IMG/VR virus record: IMGVR_UViG_3300014208_000003
Span: 1-64,000 of that record
Origin: a virus
Strand: one strand, 5' to 3'
DNA: 64,000 bases
The notes beneath the pieces are model-generated. The model searched no databases. It saw only the letters and a program-made list of their open reading frames with translations, and had not been told where the DNA came from. Both the position numbers and the translations under genes were made by a program. Below are positions 60,142-64,000 of the stretch, in pieces; the stretch's first letter is position 1, and each line of letters begins with the position of its first letter.

Positions 60142-60508
60142 TTCCCACCCACAAACTAGCACCCTCACATTCCAACCTATTCCCAACAGTATCAAATAAA
60201 ATCACACGACTATCGCAAACACCTATAGCACAATGCCAAACACTTCCAAAAGCATCATTACTAAAACACTCATCAACTATAACCTTCTTATCTCTAAAAC
60301 CATCCTCAAATCCAATATATTCAAAACTGCTTATAACATCCCTAACTCCATACTTATCCCTAATATAATCCCTCTCAACATCATTCCTAACAACCATTAA
60401 ATATCCCAACCCACTCTTCAATAACTCAATAATAGAACTTGTCTTACCAATATTACAAGGAGCTATCACCAAACCACCTTTTATAATCTCTTCCGTTATC
60501 CCATTCAT
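60128..60508 (-). CDS. minimal P-loop protein inside the paralog array
   Basis: Walker A-like APCNIGKT and Walker B-like VIVDE. Lacks the family tag. Confidence 0.55.
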   Translation of the reverse strand: MNGITEEIIKGGLVIAPCNIGKTSSIIELLKSGLGYLMVVRNDVERDYIRDKYGVRDVISSFEYIGFEDGFRDKKVIVDECFSNDAFGSVWHCAIGVCDSRVILFDTVGNRLECEGASLWVGNELV

Positions 60509-60759
60509 CCTAACCTCCTTTTAATATCTATCTCTAAGAAAGGTGATCTAAGATATTCCAAAAGCTCTTCCGGAACATCTTCAATATCCACACCCTCAAA
60601 ATAATCTGAAGGCTCCGGACAATTCCCCCTTCGATGATATATGTTAATTCTACCACCCTTCCAAAACTCTATATCAATATCTTCCGAATAGACTAACCAA
60701 ATACATTCCCAAACTGATAATAAATTGCTCCGGTAATATTTCCCAACTTCCCTCTTCAT
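60505..60759 (-). CDS. VPE/PFFEID paralog
   Basis: VPEELLEYLRSPFLEIDIKR. Confidence 0.8.
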   Translation of the reverse strand: MKREVGKYYRSNLLSVWECIWLVYSEDIDIEFWKGGRINIYHRRGNCPEPSDYFEGVDIEDVPEELLEYLRSPFLEIDIKRRLG

Positions 60760-61001
60760 TTATTCAAACACCTTCCTAAATCTATCTCAAAAAACGGTGA
60801 TTGCATATATTCCCAAACACGCTTCCAAATATCTTCCGGAATCTCTTTTGATTGAATCGACCAACCAAACGATGATAATTTATATATCCTCATCAAATCT
60901 TCTCTTTTTTCAACAATCAACACGTATTCCTCAAAATAAATATCATACCTATCATCATAAATTATTACACCTATAGCATTAACCAGCTTCTTATAATTCA
61001 T
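60756..61001 (-). CDS. VPE/PFFEID paralog
   Basis: IPEDIWKRVWEYMQSPFFEIDLGR. Confidence 0.8.
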   Translation of the reverse strand: MNYKKLVNAIGVIIYDDRYDIYFEEYVLIVEKREDLMRIYKLSSFGWSIQSKEIPEDIWKRVWEYMQSPFFEIDLGRCLNK

Positions 61002-61300
61002 GACAACTTCCTTTTCATTCTCTCCAACTCTATCTCAAAAAATGGATTAGACATATATTTCTGGAATGCTTTAACAACTTCTTCCGGAATAACAATAATT
61101 CTACGACTTTCTAATGTATTCAAAAACCGCATACCCATATCATCTAAACCATATAATTCAACAGACTTATCTTCGTAATGTCTTAAAACAATATAAGAAA
61201 CACATCTCCTACCATTATATTCCGCAACATCAGAAAGCCAAATCAACTTCTCTATACAAAATCCCCACTGTATCATATCTCCAACTTTAACTTTATGCAT
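60998..61300 (-). CDS. VPE/PFFEID paralog
   Basis: IPEEVVKAFQKYMSNPFFEIELER. Confidence 0.8.
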   Translation of the reverse strand: MHKVKVGDMIQWGFCIEKLIWLSDVAEYNGRRCVSYIVLRHYEDKSVELYGLDDMGMRFLNTLESRRIIVIPEEVVKAFQKYMSNPFFEIELERMKRKLS

Positions 61301-61578
61301 TACTTATCATCCCATCCTATCTTCCGCTTAAACCTCTCCAATTCAATATCAAAGAAAGGATCCAATAACCTATTCCGAACATTATTCAAAATAGATTCCG
61401 GAACAAAACTTATATTAATTAACTTCGTATCATAATGTTCACAAGCTATAATACTACTGTTTAAATCCATATCCCGATCCAAATAAATATATTCACTTTC
61501 TTCTACCCTAATTTCTCTTATTAACACAAACTCATAAAATACTCTACCCCATGACAATATCCCAATTATCCTTTCCAT
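61300..61578 (-). CDS. VPE/PFFEID paralog
   Basis: VPESILNNVRNRLLDPFFDIELER. Confidence 0.8.
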   Translation of the reverse strand: MERIIGILSWGRVFYEFVLIREIRVEESEYIYLDRDMDLNSSIIACEHYDTKLINISFVPESILNNVRNRLLDPFFDIELERFKRKIGWDDK

Positions 61579-61823
61579 CCCTGCCTATACCTTTCTACAT
61601 CAATATCCAAAAATGGCGACTCAACATATTCCCGAAGAACTACAGGAACATCATCACCAAATATCTCCTGAACAACAACATCATAATACGACGTAACATT
61701 ACCAAACACACAATTTATAATTATCTTATCAACACATTCCCACTTCTCTATATCTACATTCTTATCATACACATACCAATCACACACATTACCCCTATAA
61801 TACTTCCCGATCTCCCTTTTCAT
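61566..61823 (-). CDS. VPE/PFFEID paralog, first gene of the operon
   Basis: VPVVLREYVESPFLDIDVER. Confidence 0.8.
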   Translation of the reverse strand: MKREIGKYYRGNVCDWYVYDKNVDIEKWECVDKIIINCVFGNVTSYYDVVVQEIFGDDVPVVLREYVESPFLDIDVERYRQGWKG

Positions 61824-61830
61824 AAATCAT

Positions 61831-61859
61831 AATATAAAACAACAATATAATATCTACAA
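61831..61859 (-). promoter_or_regulatory. sigma70-type promoter of the paralog operon
   Basis: TTGTAG-N17-TATATT, then 7 nt to the ATG at 61823, with no SD. Confidence 0.6.
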
Positions 61860-62022
61860 GCAAAATCGGCAAATATATAAAGAAATATTATCCGGAAGAA
61901 CTCATCGCTAATCATTATGTCCAAATCTTAACACATCGTTCACTTATTAACACTTTGTTCATTTCCCTTCTATAACTGTATTGTACACTTATTTACAGTT
62001 ATTTACACTTTCTTACAAAATA

Positions 62023-62099
62023 ATTCCGGAATACTTCAAGAATATCTCCGGAACATTATCTTGAACATTCCGGAATACTTCTAGAATATCTCCTGAACA
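62023..62099. repeat. two 33-bp direct repeats (44-bp period) in a non-coding divergent region
   Basis: ATTCCGGAATACTTC(A/T)AGAATATCTCC(G/T)GAACA at 62023 and 62067. Confidence 0.8.
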
Positions 62100-62205
62100 A
62101 CAAAATTATATAAAGCAGATCCACATATTTCTTTCCGATCAAATCAAGTATAATCATTCAGGAAATATTTTTAATAATGTTCCGGAATAATTTCTAAATA
62201 CTTTC

Positions 62206-62694
62206 ATGAACAATATAAAATTAAATTCTACAACCTATATGCATCCGGAATTATTCAAGAAGTATTCCAAATTACTTATCCAATCAAATCGTTTAGGAAT
62301 TTACTTTATAGTCACACAGGTAGCAAGAACTCCTGAATATCAAAAGGCATTATATTATCAGGGTAGACTTCCGGCTGATACTGTTAATGAGATGAGGTTA
62401 AAAGTAAATCTTGCACCTATTACTTTGAAACAGAATCGAATAGTAACATCAACATTAAAGTCAAAACATTTATTCAAAACATTTCCGGAATATGGTTCAA
62501 AACAATTTTCGGAAGCATTTGATGTTGCGATTATAAAACCAAATTCTAAAATAATTCTTTGGGATAAACCTGATATCAACAATAATAACAAGAATGATTA
62601 TGAGGAGCTTGGAGTTATAGGAGAGTCATTAGGATTATATTGGGGTGGCCGTTTTAAAAATATTGATATGCCACATTATGAAATTAGATTGTAG
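62206..62694 (+). CDS. M15-family (L-Ala-D-Glu-like) peptidase endolysin
   Basis: RT..YQ..LY.QGR, SKH, AFDVA and WGGRFKNIDMPHYE. Confidence 0.88.
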   Translation: MNNIKLNSTTYMHPELFKKYSKLLIQSNRLGIYFIVTQVARTPEYQKALYYQGRLPADTVNEMRLKVNLAPITLKQNRIVTSTLKSKHLFKTFPEYGSKQFSEAFDVAIIKPNSKIILWDKPDINNNNKNDYEELGVIGESLGLYWGGRFKNIDMPHYEIRL

Positions 62695-62980
62695 TCTTCT
62701 TAGGAATAAATAATTTTTCAATGTTAGCGATATATCTTTCAACATCAATATCAAAAAACGGATCATCAAGTTTCTTCCGGAAGATGTTTTGAATATCTTC
62801 TGGTGGACGGTTCGTTGTGCTTCTACCTTCTATATATGTTAACGAATGCCAGACTAGTTCCGGTTCAATCTTTTCCCAAGCCAATGTCAATAATATTACT
62901 AGTGATGAATGATTTATATTACTTGGTACGGTTTTAATAACAATATAAGATTCACGGGCAGATCTATATATTTTAAGCAT
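62684..62980 (-). CDS. VPE/PFFEID paralog
   Basis: PPEDIQNIFRKKLDDPFFDIDVER. Confidence 0.8.
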   Translation of the reverse strand: MLKIYRSARESYIVIKTVPSNINHSSLVILLTLAWEKIEPELVWHSLTYIEGRSTTNRPPEDIQNIFRKKLDDPFFDIDVERYIANIEKLFIPKKTTI

Positions 62981-62984
62981 TCTT

Positions 62985-63236
62985 TTAAAACCTTTGTCTA
63001 ATATATCTTTCTAATTCTATTTCCGAAAAAGGATCTTGAATCTTTTTCCGAACCATCTCTTGAACATTCTCCGGAACATCTTTAACATCAACATCAATAT
63101 CTAAACATCTTAACGAATCCTTATACCACCAATCTAATCGAAATTGTTTATATTGAATCAGGTATCCGAAACAAACATCTTTATAATAATCGCCAACCTT
63201 ATAAAAATAATCATTCCAATAAACATTAAACCACAT
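62985..63236 (-). CDS. VPE/PFFEID paralog
   Basis: VPENVQEMVRKKIQDPFSEIELER. Confidence 0.8.
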   Translation of the reverse strand: MWFNVYWNDYFYKVGDYYKDVCFGYLIQYKQFRLDWWYKDSLRCLDIDVDVKDVPENVQEMVRKKIQDPFSEIELERYIRQRF

Positions 63237-63513
63237 TCTTTAACCACCTTATATATTCAATCTCTGTAAAAGGATCATCAAACTTATTCCGGAATGCTTT
63301 TACAATATCTTCCGGAACATCTGCTTCTGAAATTGGTTTGTAATGTTTATCTATATCACGAATAAAACAAATACCTTCATCAAATATCGAATTATATAAA
63401 CAAATTCTTCCGGAAGATGCCACGTAAAAATCTACTGGTAATAAAATATCATCCGACCAATTTTCATGGTAAATCTGCATACTGGAATATAATAGATAGA
63501 AGGTCTGGAACAA
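63226..63513 (-). CDS. VPE/PFFEID paralog (start uncertain)
   Basis: VPEDIVKAFRNKFDDPFTEIEYIR. Confidence 0.7.
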   Translation of the reverse strand: MFQTFYLLYSSMQIYHENWSDDILLPVDFYVASSGRICLYNSIFDEGICFIRDIDKHYKPISEADVPEDIVKAFRNKFDDPFTEIEYIRWLKNVV

Positions 63514-63578
63514 AAGGAATTATTGCGCGTACTTTCATGTTATCTAAATACTATTGAACATTAATAACAGGAGGTAGT

Positions 63579-64000
63579 ATGAGAGAAATTGAATTGAGTA
63601 ATGGTATGGTAACTAAAGTAGACGATGAAGATTTTATTTATCTATCACAGTTTAACTTCCATTTTAAGAAACAAACCGATCCAAGATACAAATATGGTTA
63701 TGCTTATAGAGTGATTTGGAATAAGGAAACTAAAACTAAAAAAGCATTGGATATACACAGAGAAATTATGAATGCTAAAAAAGGAGAATGTGTTGATCAT
63801 ATTAATCATGACACATTAGATAACAGAAAAGAAAATTTAAGAATATGTACTCATCAACAAAATATGTGCAATAAAGCTAAACTATCAAACACAAGTAATT
63901 TATATAAAGGTGTTTCAATAATGAGTAGAAATAAATTAAGACCCTATGTTGCAATGTGTGGCGGAGATTTTGTTGGTTGCTTTAAAACAGAATTAGAAGC
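63579..64000 (+). CDS. HNH (probably HNH-AP2) homing endonuclease, runs off the window
   Basis: Hand translation: VDDEDF...IHREIM...VDHINHDTLDNRKENLR...YKGVS. GGAGG RBS. Confidence 0.85.
   Translation, partial: MREIELSNGMVTKVDDEDFIYLSQFNFHFKKQTDPRYKYGYAYRVIWNKETKTKKALDIHREIMNAKKGECVDHINHDTLDNRKENLRICTHQQNMCNKAKLSNTSNLYKGVSIMSRNKLRPYVAMCGGDFVGCFKTELE

Noticed and set aside
58510-63513. Paralog array as a DGR, CRISPR array or integron
   Set aside because: No reverse transcriptase, adenine-specific TR/VR pair, identical DNA repeats or attC-like spacers are visible. The genes overlap directly and similarity is mainly at protein level.
1-64000. Alternative genetic code
   Set aside because: Core genes are full length under code 11, and TAA/TGA end genes at expected positions.

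Overview
A 64 kb segment of an AT-rich (about 30% GC by eye) T4-like myovirus genome. 1-37 kb is a virion morphogenesis module: gp20 portal, gp21, gp22, gp23, gp13, an Ig/FN3-fused gp15, gp16, gp17 with a mini-intein, gp18, gp19, baseplate genes gp26/51/48/53/5/25/6/7, a tape measure protein and regA. It is interrupted by Hef-like endonucleases, a GC-richer insert, a solo TnpB and an antisense moron. 37-49 kb holds tRNA-Asn, a 13-gene glycosyltransferase/methyltransferase/epimerase island and a GIY-YIG-like endonuclease behind a structured RNA leader. 49-64 kb holds tRNA-Leu, small early genes behind a repeated sigma70-type promoter, a DenV-like glycosylase, DNA ligase, a nucleotidyltransferase, an M15 endolysin and a partial HNH endonuclease. 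The most unusual observations are: (1) an array of 14 small minus-strand paralogs, plus one stop-interrupted copy, with variable N-termini and a constant C-terminal 'VPE...PFFEIDLER' tag; (2) strong window-wide over-representation of the palindrome TCCGGA; (3) a CTAAATA late-promoter motif that apparently drives leaderless mRNAs, including the TnpB. All homology calls come from motif recognition, not database searches.
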